Assembly (NCBI GenBank): GCA_958009085.1
Contig: OY253682.1
Coordinates: 248,001-312,000, forward strand
Length of the DNA: 64,000 bases
From: Protoeuglena noctilucae
Lineage: Eukaryota
Reading direction: 5' to 3'
The notes beneath the pieces were generated by a model. That model was not told the origin of the DNA and did not search any database. It was given only the letters and a program-made list of their open reading frames with translations. Shown piece after piece: positions 13,436 to 25,133 of the stretch. A program made the position numbers and the translations under genes. Positions within the stretch are counted from its first letter, which is position 1, and each line of letters opens with the position of its first letter.

Positions 13436-14423
13436 ATGGGTGGCAGGACCCCGCGGACCCTCGCGGCGGCTTTGGCGGCGCTCGCGATCCTCTTATTCGC
13501 CGCGTCGGCGTTCGTGTCTGCCGCGGACGTGCCTCTCCCGCCTCAGGTCGTCGGGCTTCCTCTAGAGCGGCAGGTGACACTCGTCGGCCAGTTTCGATCG
13601 CATCGCGCGTCCCACGCGCGCGCCCCTGCGCGCGCCGGCGCCTGCGACATCAGTATCTTCCCCTGCGACGCTCGCGCAGGTAGAGGAACTGGCGCGTGCC
13701 CTCGCGCAGTGCCAGCGGTTCGCCGAGCGCACCCATGCCGAGAACGTGACCCTTCAGGAGTCGGTGCGGCAGGCCGAGCGGGCGATCCGGCTCCTGGACA
13801 AGGACAACCGGGAGCTGCGGTCGATGGACGCGTGGCACGTCCTCGGCCTGCACGGCAGCGGCCTGCACCGCGTCGTGCAGTACGGCTGGGCCTACATTGG
13901 CACGGGTGCGCGGCTGAGGTGGTGCCAGCGGCCTGGCAACTTCCGAGCCGTTTCCCAGCAGCCACCGTCCTCGTCCCCCGCAGTGGTCCACGCGCTGTTC
14001 GGGCCCCAGATCGCGGCAATTGGGGGCGCGCTCGGGGCCTTCTCGCGCCGCGTGTCGCATGACTGGAGCGCGGGAGTGGCCGCGGCCGTCGCGCTGCTGG
14101 ACGGCCTGAAGGGGCGCATCCGGGCCCTGCTCCTCTGGCTCGGCTGGCACACGATGGCCGAGGACATGTTTGTCGAGTTCCTCGCCTCGTCCGTCGTGGG
14201 CGTCGCGCTCTTCGCGTTCGTCCTCGTGCCCGTCGCGTACCTGTTCGCGCGCGTCATGACGGCGCACAACCGCACGACGCGCGAGGAGATGCGCGCGCGG
14301 ATCGCCGACGCCCTGGACCGCGACGGCAAGCTCCGGGCGGACCCGGACGTGCGCGCCGCCGCGCGCATGTACGCCGCGGCCGCGCGGGGCGACGACGCGG
14401 TCGCCATGGCGGCAGAGCATTAG
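13436..14423 (+). CDS. Hypothetical membrane protein (signal peptide, coiled coil, C-terminal TM helix)
   Basis: Signal peptide LAAALAALAILLFAASAFVSA; one intron at ~13575-13679; coiled coil ENVTLQESVRQAERAIRLLDKDNREL; TM segment VVGVALFAFVLVPVAYLF; strongly GC3-biased codons; TAG 14423. Confidence 0.65.
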
Positions 14424-14527
14424 ACAGCGGTAGCTTCTAGCGGGTCAACGGACGAGGGGTGCTGTGACTCGATGATGAGAAGTAATTCAACGGACGAGTA
14501 GGGGTGCTCTGCCCCTCAGAGCCACGC

Positions 14528-15327
14528 CGATGATGATGTGCAGTTCAATAGCTGAGGGTGCTGAGGTCCATCAGGATCCTCGCCGCACGAGCTAGGCCCG
14601 CGCGACGGGCGCCTTCGCCCAGAGCTGCCGCACCCCGGGGGTTCCATTATCGCAGTGCATATGGCACTTGGCCCGCCCCCGCTAGGTCCCCCCACCCGAA
14701 GGCTATGGGGCCGCCGCCCCGGGCTCCAGCGCCCCTAGCCCCTTCGCCGAACCGCCGCCCCTGCCGGGACGAGCAACCGCAGGATGCCACGCGAGCGGGC
14801 CCCTGGGTACAAATACAACAACGAAGCAACGAAGCAGAGACAAGCCCCCCTGCCGCGGCGCAGAGCACTTTCGCCCCATGCTAACAACGGACCCCACCCT
14901 GGTCCCACCGGCGCGGTCCCCGCGTCCCGCCGGTCGCTCTGCGTCCCCGTCACGAAAGCCTGCCGTCCCTCTGCACGCACACAGCGCGCAGCGCCCCGAA
15001 AGCCCCCCTAGACTCGGGGGCGCGGCTTGTCCCGACCAGCAGAACTCGAGCGCGTCGTGCTGCCGCCTGGCGCCTGCCAGGGGATATGCGACCGCATCAG
15101 CCGTCGCGAATGCACGCAAAACACCCAACCGCACCCCCTCGCCAACTCGCCAGCCTCCGCCTTGGCCAAACCACCGCCGAACCACCGCACTGCGCGCCAC
15201 CGCGCCATTTTTTGTGAACCGGCTCTTCGTCACCGGCCGCAAAGGCGCGGTGTCCAGAGGGCGCCACGAGGAGGCGGCCGGCGGATCGCGATGATGATGT
15301 GCAGTTCAATGGCTGAGGGCGCTGAGG
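14528..15327 (+). repeat. 39-bp direct repeat pair (14528-14566 and 15289-15327) carrying box C/D-like motifs
   Basis: cgatgatgatgtgcagttcaat(a/g)gctgaggg(t/c)gctgagg occurs twice with 2 mismatches; it contains ATGATGA and two CTGA. Confidence 0.85.
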
Positions 15328-15461
15328 ATCGCGCCATCGCGCGTCCGAGTCCCCCCGTCCCTGGGCCCTGGAGGTAAAGGTGTGCTGGCAAGACTCGAAC
15401 CCCCGACCTCTTAGTGAGCAGCCATAGGAGGTGCTGAGGTTGGCTTGGGATGGCGAAGGGC

Positions 15462-15465
15462 AAAA
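15462..15465 (-). terminator. RNA polymerase III T4 terminator of tRNA-Arg
   Basis: TTTT on the minus strand, 1 nt after the discriminator base. Confidence 0.65.
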
Positions 15466-15466
15466 G

Positions 15467-15540
15467 CGAGGACGGAGGGATTCGAACCCTCAACCTTCCG
15501 CTCCGGAGGCGGATGCGATAGTCCATTACGCTACGTCCCC
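15467..15540 (-). tRNA. trnR-CCG: tRNA-Arg(CCG), intronless
   Basis: Minus strand reads GGGGACG...TCCGC-CT-CCG-GA-GCGGA...GAGGG-TTCGAAT-CCCTC-CGTCCTC-G: 7-bp acceptor stem, anticodon arm with CCG and a canonical T-arm. CCA is not encoded. Confidence 0.95.
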
Positions 15541-15752
15541 TTCGCGCGACTCGAACCCGTCCCTGCTCGGATGCGTTCTCTACCAATGGCAGGGGACGTA
15601 CGTCCCGACACATTTTCCCGGGCGTGAAGGCGGAGTATAACAGGGTCCGAAGGGTCTCTGCCAGAGTCTGGCGCTTTCGTCACGATGCAGGCGGCTTTAC
15701 ACCGCCCTTTCGAGCGTCTGGCCCCCACCGGCGCGATCTGGGGGGTCTCACC

Positions 15753-18700
15753 ATGCTGCGGCCGCGGCCCGGTGCCTTCCCGGGGCCCCGCGCGGCCCGC
15801 GTCCGGGCACACGGCACCGACGTGCTGCCGGGGCCGGGAATCGCGCCCTGGCTCGCCTCCAGGGGCGCCCGCCACGGCGCGCAGCTCGTCGTCGACGATA
15901 GCACCGAGGTGCCGGCCTCCGCGGTGCCCTGCAAGACCCTCGTCGTGCGCGTGGGCCGATCGCGCGTCGTGGCCGTGCTCCTCGAGGCGGCCGCCCGCCT
16001 GGACGCCAGGGCCGTCGCCAGGCACCTCGGTCTCAGCCGTGACAGGGCCGCGCTGGTGCCGGAGGATGCCCTCGTCGCGCTGACGGGGTACGAGGTGCGA
16101 AGGCCGTGTTGCGACGACGGCGAATGCGCAGAGTCTGCGGCCAGGATCGCCGGGCCGACCATTCCCCCCGCATCCTCGCATCCTCGCAGCCGGGCGTGGT
16201 GCCCCCTCTCGGCCACGCTTCCGCCCTGCCCCTCCTGGTTGACTCGGCCCTCGTGGGCTGCCCTGCCATCCTGTGCGGGTCCGGCCACCCCTCCCACCGC
16301 CTCCTCCTCTCGTGCGACGACCTCCTTACCCTCGCTCCGGACGCCACCGGTGCGCAGCCAGTGTCACCATGCACGCCCTCACCCCTGCCTCACCCTCACC
16401 CTCACCACTCCCGTCCGTCTCGCTTCACGTTCCCCACCCCAGCCTCACTCGGTGCCCCTCAGCCCCCCCTTCCCCCGCAGTCGCGCCCCTCACCACCTCG
16501 AGCTCGCCCGTCCCCTGCGACCCACCGCCCCCGCGCCCCGCCTCTCCGGCCTCCTTAACAGCCCCAGCCGCGTCCACGAGCACCGCGCTGCCGGCAGACA
16601 CCCCCGTCGAGCTCCTCGCGAGGGTGGCCTCGGCGCGGCGCATGGCCAAACGCCTCCTCTTCGCCACCGTGACGCCGTCCTCGGCGCCTCTGCCGGACAC
16701 CGGGGACCACGCGGCCGCAGCGCTGTGGCGGGTCCCGGGAGTGACCGCCCCATGCTCGGTGCAGCTCATCATGGGGAAGACCCTCGAGTTAAAGCTGGGC
16801 GGGCGAGAGATGGAGGCGTTCCTGTCTCGGATCCGCCGCGGCGCCGTTCTGCGGGTGCGGGGCGTGGTGAAGGGGGAGCGTGCGCGGTCAGGCAGGGCGC
16901 GGGCGTCGGAGCCGGCAATTGATGTGGTGGCGGCGGAGGTGGAGGTGCTGCAGGAGTGGGCGGGGGGCGAGGGTGGTGGGAGCGCAATGGAGCCTGCGAG
17001 TCTCGGAGAGGGCGGTCTGGATGCGATGCGACGAGACGCTGGAGTCGTGGCCGAGGGGGCAGGGCATGCCGACCGTCAGGGTAGTGATACTGATATTGAT
17101 ACTGGTGGTGGCAGCGACGATACGGACAAGGGCGGCAGCAGTGACGCGCGCATGGATCTCAGATCCGTGGGGCAGAGCGGGAGGCGTCTGGTGGAGCTCC
17201 TTTGCGACGCCGGCGGAGGTGCGTGTGCGCGCGCAGCTATGCCGGGCACCTGCCCCGGCTCCTTTTTTCTGCACCCGCACCCACACCTGCACCCACCCAC
17301 GCCCACGCGCAGTGGATTCAGCCGTGAGCCCCGACCCAGACGCCGTGGCGAGGGTCGTGGCGAGAGCGGCAGCGAGAAAGGCGGCCTTTCAGGACAAGAA
17401 GGGGCGGAAGGGTGCAAGGGGGGCCGCGTCCGACACGCCCGATCCGGCGGCGTTCTGGCAGTGCCCGCTGCCAGAGACCAGCATCGTGGTGGTGGATGAC
17501 GTCCCTGGGCTGCTGGCGTGCTGGGCGGTAGTCACGGGCACGGCGCTGCAAGTGCCAGGGTACCCGGGGTCCCAAGAGCCGAGCCCACCGTCACTAATGG
17601 ACTCGCAGCTCGGGGACGGGGCAGCAAAGGGCGATGTCTCTGACGATGAGGCCAGGGACGACCGGCAATCCAGGGCGCGTGAGGCGCAGTCCACGTCGGC
17701 ACCTGCACGCGTGTGCGGGGTGGACGCCGAGTGGGACCCTGACGGTCCCTCCCTGCCCCGCACCCCCGTGAGCCTGCTCCAGCTCAGCACGCGCGACCGG
17801 TGCTTCGTCCTCGACCTCCTCGCCCTCTGCCGGTCGCCCCACGCACGCATCACGGACCAGGCAAGTCGACTGGCAGCTAGTCATGGGCAGCACCCACGAC
17901 TCGCTGCCTTGCTAGCACCCACAACCGCCCAGTCATATGACGGCTCCTGAGTCTACGAGGCTCCCCGCAGGGCTCGGGACCGGTCGAGCTGCCCGAGGAC
18001 GTGACGGCCCTTTCTGATGCGCTGACTCAGCTGACTCAGGCGGGGGCGAGCCCCGGGTCCCTGACAACACAGGGCCTCACCGTGCCAGAGCACGTCCTCA
18101 GCGCAATGCTCTCCGACATCTGGGTCCGCCCGGACGTTGCAATTCTCGGCTTCGGCCTCGCCTACGACCTCACGCGGCTCCACTGCTCCTACCCGCACCT
18201 CCCCTGCTGCGGGGGCGCGGGGCGGGTCGTGGGGCCAAGCGCCCCGGGGGTCCCCGCAGCCACGCTCGGCATGCAGGCGTTCGAGGCTCCCTCGCCGCCC
18301 CCGCTGCGCACCCACGTGGATGTCCTGGCGCTCGCCCGGCTCTGCTCACGTCCCCTGGCGGCCACGCAGCGCGTCTCGCTGTCGCGCGTGTGTCAGCGGA
18401 TGCTGGGGCGCCCGCTGGACAAGTCCCAGCAGTGCTCCCGGTGGTCCTCGCGGCCGCTGTCGCCGGAGCAGCTCCGGTACGCCGCCTGCGACGCGCACGT
18501 TCTGACGGCCGTGTTTGACAAGTGCCTGCAAGTGGGGCTCAAGCCACCCTCGCGCGGCTGGAAATGGCTCGCGGCAAACGTCGGGGTTCATCGGTCGGCT
18601 TTTGCAGGTGAGAGCCAGGCTGCGCCTCTGCCGCGGCACGCTTTCACCTGATGGTCGGCACGGCACGGCGGTGGGGTTTGCACCAGCGCCGGTGTGCCTG

Positions 18701-18849
18701 TCGCTGCACAGCAAGAAGTGAAATGCCGAGAGACCTCTCCTGAACCCTTTGGTAGCTGGAACTGCGAGCTGCTGCTTTTGTTTGCTCTCGCAGGACCCAT
18801 GGCGTCGGTCGCGCCGCAGCGGTACGTGGTTTGGGAGGAGCCCCGCTGA
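15753..18849 (+). CDS. YbaK/ProX-like tRNA-editing domain + OB-fold + DEDDy 3'-5' exonuclease (RNase D/Mut-7/EXD-like) fusion, probably organelle-targeted
   Basis: Six exons join in frame. YbaK motifs: CKTLVV, LDARAVARHLG, LTGYE|PGVVPPLG, LLVDSAL..ILCGSG. OB-like segment: ARVASARRMAKRLLFATV...VQLI...GAVLRVRG...VVAAEVEVL. Exonuclease: ExoI GVDAEW, LLQLST, ExoII FGLAYDL, LDKSQQCSRWSSRPLSPEQLRYAACDA (ExoIII). Arg/Pro/Ala-rich N-terminus. Confidence 0.85.
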
Positions 18850-19521
18850 CCGTGTCGTGTCAGTCTTAGTGATTGCGTCGATGTGCGTGATTGTGTCAGC
18901 AGCGCAGTCGGCTTTCAAAACGTCCTCGTGCCTGCTCAGGGGACTGCTCAAGGGATCCTAACCCCTGGTGGGCCGCCGCGCTCCAAACGGGAAACCCGGA
19001 AAACTTGGCTTGTTTCTAGCAGCCCATTCTATGGAAATCAAGGCACGTGTGCATGTGCCGGGCCAAGTCCAATGCAGCGGCGGTGTCAAAGCACGATTGG
19101 GCGGCCAAGGTGCAGGGCGGAAGCAACGGCATGCGTTCTGCTAAGTACACGCAGATGCAAGCTGATGTGACTAGGGAGGGGTGTGGTTGTCTAGAAATCG
19201 GCTTAGTGCGCGATGGGGGGTGGGGATTTGAATCCAGGGGGGTTTGTGCTGTGACGCCGCCCCGCGCTCGTCCCTTGCACTAGAGCATGGAGCAATTCTA
19301 TGCTTACGATGTGTTCGTGCGATGCGTTGTCTCTGCGAGGGAGCGAAGGGAGAAGACCATCTCTATCAGGTGCGTTTCACTTGTTATGGGCGCCTGGGCG
19401 CGAGTGACCCGGGAAGCGACAGTGTGGAGTATGCGGATCGCGAATGGCGGGAGCGCTTATCGCCCCGCGGGGTCCGGTGCGGTGGTCCGAAGGTGGCCGC
19501 GGCCTGAGCACGCGGGTGTGT

Positions 19522-22500
19522 CTAGGGTGCGGGGGGGGTCTCGATGCTGCCGCGCATGCTGGGGCGGGAGTGGCCCCAGAATTGGAAAGGGAGGCTGCCG
19601 TTGGGCAGCGAGACGCGCGCGTCGATGCCGTCCGCGTCGATCTGCTTCTCAGGGTCCGCGTCGATCTGCACCTTGATGTTCTCTCGGAGGGCGGTGCGTG
19701 CGGCGATGAGCTGCGGGGCAGGGGGGGCGAAGCAGGGTCACGGGCTGGCGACGGCAGCTGTGCTTGGCGCTTGTGAAGCATCTGTTTGTGTCAGCGCCCC
19801 CTGCAGTGCTGCTTGACAGACAGGCATAGACTGCAGCTGGCTGTCATCGCCAGCACCGCAGGTGCCGGTGCCTTGCCACCCCAGTCCAGCTGGAAAGCCA
19901 AGGCAACCGCATAGCTCTATGCTCATGCATTATGAGCATCCGGCTAGGTCAATATCACCTTCTTGCGGACGTCCATGTAGCGCGTGAGGCTGGTGAGCTT
20001 GGAGCCCGCGATGGAGCAGGCCAGCACCAGCGACACGATCGGGATGAAGCTGAACGTGGAGCTGGAGGATATGATCTTGAATTGGATGGAAGCCACGGGG
20101 ATGGCCTCGCAGAAGATGGTCACCATGTCGCCGTGCAGGCGCGTCAGCTCGCGCTCCAGGTGCTCGACCTGGGACCAGGGAGGGGAGGGGGAGGGAGGTG
20201 AGGGAGACGAGAGGCGAGGGGAAGAGAGGTGAGGAGAGGGGAGGTGAGGAGACGAGAGGTGAGGCAATGAGCCAGGGACGTTGCCCCATTTGCAGAGTGC
20301 GTGCCAAGGTGATGCATACCCATGCACGGCACCTGGCAGCCACCCCACGCACCCCACGCACCCCTCGCCACACCCACCTCATCCATGTGCCCGACGTCGC
20401 TGCGCCGCAGCGCGTGCAGAGCCTCGTCGATGTGCTCTCTCTGCACGTCCCGGCCCTCGGTCATTGCTCGGAAGCTCGCTCGCTTGGCCACCTGCTTGGC
20501 GCGTGCAGCCACGTACGCCCCCGCGTCTCCCTTCTTCTGCACCAGGATGCGGACCAAGAGGCTGGCGGCCTGGAACACGGTGAGGAGTGAGGAGAGGAGC
20601 GCAATGACGAGGAAGATGTAGCAGACGGGCAGGAGGTTGTGGAAGTGGTCGTTGGATGGCAGGGTGATGAACACCACGAGGGCGAAAGTGAGGACATCAC
20701 CGACGTTGAATACGACATCCAGCACTGCGGGGGCACGGGAAGGTAGGGAGGTCGAAGGCGGGGGGCCTCGTGTGTGGAATGCTGCGTGGAGAACCCCGGG
20801 GTGTCAGCCAAGGCGTTAATATGGAGAGGCGACACTGGCTAGCTCGCCCAGTCACAGCGGAAACAACGCCCTGCCCAAGCTCGCCATCCATGCGGAGTGG
20901 AAGGGGCCATCCCCGCGCTCGCTGCCCCACTCACCGATGCAAACGGGTTCCGAGAACACCACAGACATGAACTTGTCGAGGCTGAGGTGTCCGGTCTTGA
21001 TGGCCCAGCCCATGGCGACCACGGCAGCCACTGCGATGGTGGCCAGCACAGCCAGCAGCACGTACAGCGTCAGTTCCCGGGATGACTTGGACTCGTTGAG
21101 AATCGAGTGATTGTCGCATTGCAGGAGCTCGGCCGCGTGGGCGCCGGAGCCGTCGAAGCCCACAGGCTGCATGCGGGCGTCGCGCACGGGCTTGGCGAAG
21201 TCGATGCTCGCTTGTCCGTCCTTGATGGCGTGCACATCTCCGAATATCCATCCCGTGAACGTGGCCAGCGTCTCTGTGTCGGTCGTGCACGTGGAGCCCT
21301 GCAGAGCATGATGCAGAGTGCCACGTCACGCTGCGGTGTATTCATACGGGCCAGTCTGGAGTGTGAAGACGCAAGCAAGCGCGATGTGCTTGGGGGAGGA
21401 CATGAGAGAGTTCGGCAGATGCATGTAACACCCCCGCCTGCTCACCTGGTTCTGCCGAAGGATGAAGTGGTAGGCGACATCGAAGCCGTCCGTGCCGTCG
21501 ATGGGGAGGGTGACGACGGCGTCCTTGGCGGCAGTCAAGGTGTCATCCAGTGGGTGGAAGCCGATCGTGCCGGCTTTGCTGATCAGGGAGCTCGCCGTGA
21601 AGCTGTAGTCGACGTCGGTGTCGACCGTGTTGGAGCAGGCAGACCATGAGAAGGCAGGGTATGCCCCTGTGAGGGCCTTGGTGGCCACAGCACGTTCCGC
21701 GGAGTTGGACGGCGGGCACAGCACGGTCGGGGACGCCGCGTTGGTCACGCCCATGGCCGCCCACACGTCCGCCCTGCGGAGAGCGTAGATGGGGTGTGGG
21801 CGTGCTGCTAGACGGCAGCGATGCTATCAAGGGCCTGCGCACTCAGCAGCCGGGCTGCAAGGTGGTCCAACCAACAGTCACCCATCGACTCACCCAGCGA
21901 TGTTCCCAGAGATGATCTTGGCGAGCGTCTCAAGTGTCACGGTCGTCAGCGTGGGTGCCGCTGAGGGGCATGACGTGGTGCTCTCGCAGGTGTTGACAAA
22001 GACGGCCGTGGTGATCTGGACGAATGGGGCGGCCACCGTGTCTGCGGGGAGAGCACCAGGCGGTGCCTTGATGGCGGCGGGCGTTGGTGGCCTTTGCATT
22101 GGCGCCCCACTTGATGCCCACTCAACCACCCTCAGCACACACCCCCAGCCCTCACCCGACGTCCCGCTCCACCACGACTCCCCCTCCTGAGACACGGGCG
22201 CAATGAGGGGCTCGTTGGCCTTTTTGCTGGCCCACAGTGCCTGCCAGTCAGCTGAGGATCTGCTGGTCGCGATGGCCGTATACAGCACGGTGAGGTCCGC
22301 GTTGACCGAGATGAAACTGCTCGAATAGAGCGCCATGATGGCCTGCGAGGGAGACATGGGATGCATGCGACACCCGTCGCACCGCGGCACACAGCACTCC
22401 CGCATCCAGCACTGGTACATCTCCCGCGTGTCACACCTCGAGGTTGCTTGGCCCGCTGTAGTAGATGGGGATCTGCAGCCCCGCGTCCGGCTGCGCCAGG

Positions 22501-24307
22501 GACCCGTCCGCGCACTTGATGTCCGACAGCAGGCGCGACACCACCTTAGTGCTGACGGACTCGGGCAAAGGAGAGAAGCCGTGCAGCACAGCGATGGCCT
22601 TAGCCACGTCGCTGGTGTAGAACCAGTGCCAGTAGTTGACCGTCTCGCGGCGGCGCGCGCAGTCGTCAAACACGTCCGTGTCCTTGCGCATCACGAGGTA
22701 GGTGTAGCCGGCGGCCGGCCAGGCGAAAGTACCCTGTGGTTAGGATAGAGGGGGGAGAGTTCAGGGCCGAGGGGTAGAGAGGTGTCGAAAGGGATGTGAG
22801 AATAGCTGTACCTTGTCGCCTCCTCACCTGCGCCCCCTCGACGTCGGCCGTGAGCCTGTCTGCGCTCTCGCCGGTGTTCCCAAAGGACAGCCCCAGCTCA
22901 GCCACGGCGAACTGCACGGCGTCGATGCTGGGCTCGATGATGTTCTTGCCGCTGACGCTGCGCACCCACACGACCGACGCGCCCGTGTCTAGGGCGTACC
23001 CCAGCACGATGTAGCCGAAGGTGTAGTCGGTGGTGGCGACGTATGCAGCGAGCTCCTGCAGAACACCGGATGGGCGCAGGGCAGCTCTGGTGGCCAAAAG
23101 CCGGCTGTTGGGACGGGCATTGCAGGGTGAGTGGTATGTTTTGCGGGGGATGGGTCAAGAGCGTGGGGAGGGACCCGCAGGCGGCTGTTCCGGCGCCACG
23201 CCCTCGCCTCATTGCCCGGCTGCTGGGTATAGGTTACGGCGGGGTTGGGCCAGGCCTTGCTGGGGGTGTCGCTGACGACGACGTGGGTGGATGAAACGCC
23301 AGACTGTTCCAGGCCCTTGGTCAGGGCCTTGGTCCAAATCTGCGTGGTGCCAGAGACCTCCCCGCGCACCACGACCTCGATGGGCTTGCCGGGAGTGGAC
23401 TGCAGCGCCGTTTTGACCTGCAACGTAGCAAGGGAGGCATAGAATGGCTGCGTTCAATCCGCACGCCCGCGCACGACCGTGGTTCACGTGCAGAGCGCAG
23501 ACGCTTACCACGTCATATTCCTGATCGGCGAGGATGTCCGAGTCGTCCCATGTCGTGATGTCCCCTGTAAAGGCGGAGCGGAGGGTCTCAGTGTTGCGCC
23601 TCACGCTCTGTGACAAGATGCAAGCCCTACGCGCAGCAAACGATGCATCGCGCGAATTGCACCTCCGAAGATGCTGGCGATGGTGGATATCTTGAGCACC
23701 AAAGGCTTGCCGGTGGCCTTGACCGCCGGGTGCGAGTAGACGGCCGTCACGGCACCAGCCACCGTGGGGTACATCTGAAGGTCGGGGTAAGCCGTATAGT
23801 CGCTGTCGCTGAGAAGCGAGTCGGAGCCGGCGAAGTCGATCTTGTAGGGCTCTCCCTTGGTGTCGCACATCGGCGAGTCCGTCTTGATGCGGCACTTGCC
23901 GCCGCCGGAGCCGGTCGGAAGGTAAGAGACCGACACTTGGGTGGTGACGTAGTTGTAGCTGAACATCGCGTCCTGCGAGCAGGTCCGTGGAATTCATGGA
24001 GTTAGCTGCGTTGCATGTTGTGTTCTCGGACGACGCGTCGTGTCAGAGGCCCTTGCCTGGTAGAGAACCTCCGGGAAGGTGCCGCCAGCCCCCTTCAGGG
24101 CCATCACGGCGTCCGAGGAGGAGGAGGAGGCGATGGAGGCGCCCGCCCATGTCGTCCCCACCGCTGTCAGGGCGAGGAGGGTCCAGGCGGCAAGGATGGT
24201 GTGAGTGTTCTGCGAGCATGAAGAGGGTCACGCGCGGAGCGTCAAGCACCTGGCGCTCATGTGAGGTGCAGGCATCCCACGCGCAGGGACCCGGCAGTCC
24301 TCGCCAT
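19522..24307 (-). CDS. Tandem PstS-like phosphate-binding domains fused to a multi-pass membrane domain
   Basis: Signal peptide, then PstS motifs GAGGTFPEVLYQ, YLPTGSGGG, DFAGSD, ITTWDD, VVRGEVSGTT, WPAAGYTYLV and HGFSPLP. A degenerate second lobe (~22350-21120) follows, then about 5 hydrophobic helices (21070-19990); last exon ends at TAG 19522. Confidence 0.82.
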
Positions 24308-25026
24308 CTCAGCGGGAAGTAGCAGGTTTGTGCTGGAAAGCGCATGTGCGGGGCTTGGCTCTGCAAAGTGGGGAGGGAGGGTGGGCGTGAGGAAGCGATG
24401 CCTATTGAGCTCAGGGACGCTTACAGCGCGCACAATTGCGCAGCCGTCTATCGGAAACGAGCGACACGACGCAGGCGGAGCGGGGAGGCCTTTTTGGTCA
24501 ACAGGTGATCCAGGCCGTCATCCGAGGCTTTCGGGGAGCAACGCCGCTACCAAGCAGTAGAAATCACAGAATTAGGGGGGCACGAGCGAGTGGAAGGACG
24601 CAAGAGGGCTGGAAAAGGCGCTGGCGGCCACGAGCCTCCTCTTTCCGCTAGGAGCTGAGACGCAACGCACAGGATAGTGCGCGAGTCCGCATTGACCCCC
24701 GGCACGCAAAACGTCAAAAAAGATTGCACCGATTGAGGTATCTAGCAAAAGGGGTGCCTCTCGAGTTCGCACCAGGCCTGTGTTGACCGGTTGAGACCCG
24801 GCCTCATCCAGCGGAATTCTCCGACCCATCACCTCAAGACTGGACTCAGTATTGCAGAAGCGCCCGACAGCGCCGACATCCCGGCCCAAATCACCTTGTG
24901 TCGGCGCTTGAGCAGCGGACCGCGCGTGTGCAGGGTGAGCCCGCCTCGATCACAGCTGCAGCGCCCTTCCCGATGAAGGACGTCGAAATAATTCCAGCTT
25001 AGTATTTGTATCAAAAGCCTTGGTCC

Positions 25027-25133
25027 CTTCCTCGCACGCGGCCAGGCCTGATGTCAGCGACGCCAGCCAGACAGCCGAGCCCCGAAGAAAGGGGAACAAT
25101 CAGAAGCCCTACTGGATTATCGCGATGTGTCAC
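25027..25133 (+). repeat. Diverged direct repeat, copy 1
   Basis: cttcctcgcacgcggcca..cctgatgtcag.ga.gccagccagac.gccgagccccga...cagaagccc...atcgcgatgtgt matches 31093-31189. Confidence 0.85.

Noticed and set aside
14531..14552. Candidate snoRNA guide antisense to 5.8S rRNA (TTGAACGCA region)
   Set aside because: The match needs a bulge and mismatches, and the species' rRNA sequence is not available; no target assigned.
18959..19245. Possible MITE with aacccctgg / ccaggggggtt ends and weak similarity to 54372-54396
   Set aside because: The inverted repeats are short and imperfect, and no target-site duplication was found.
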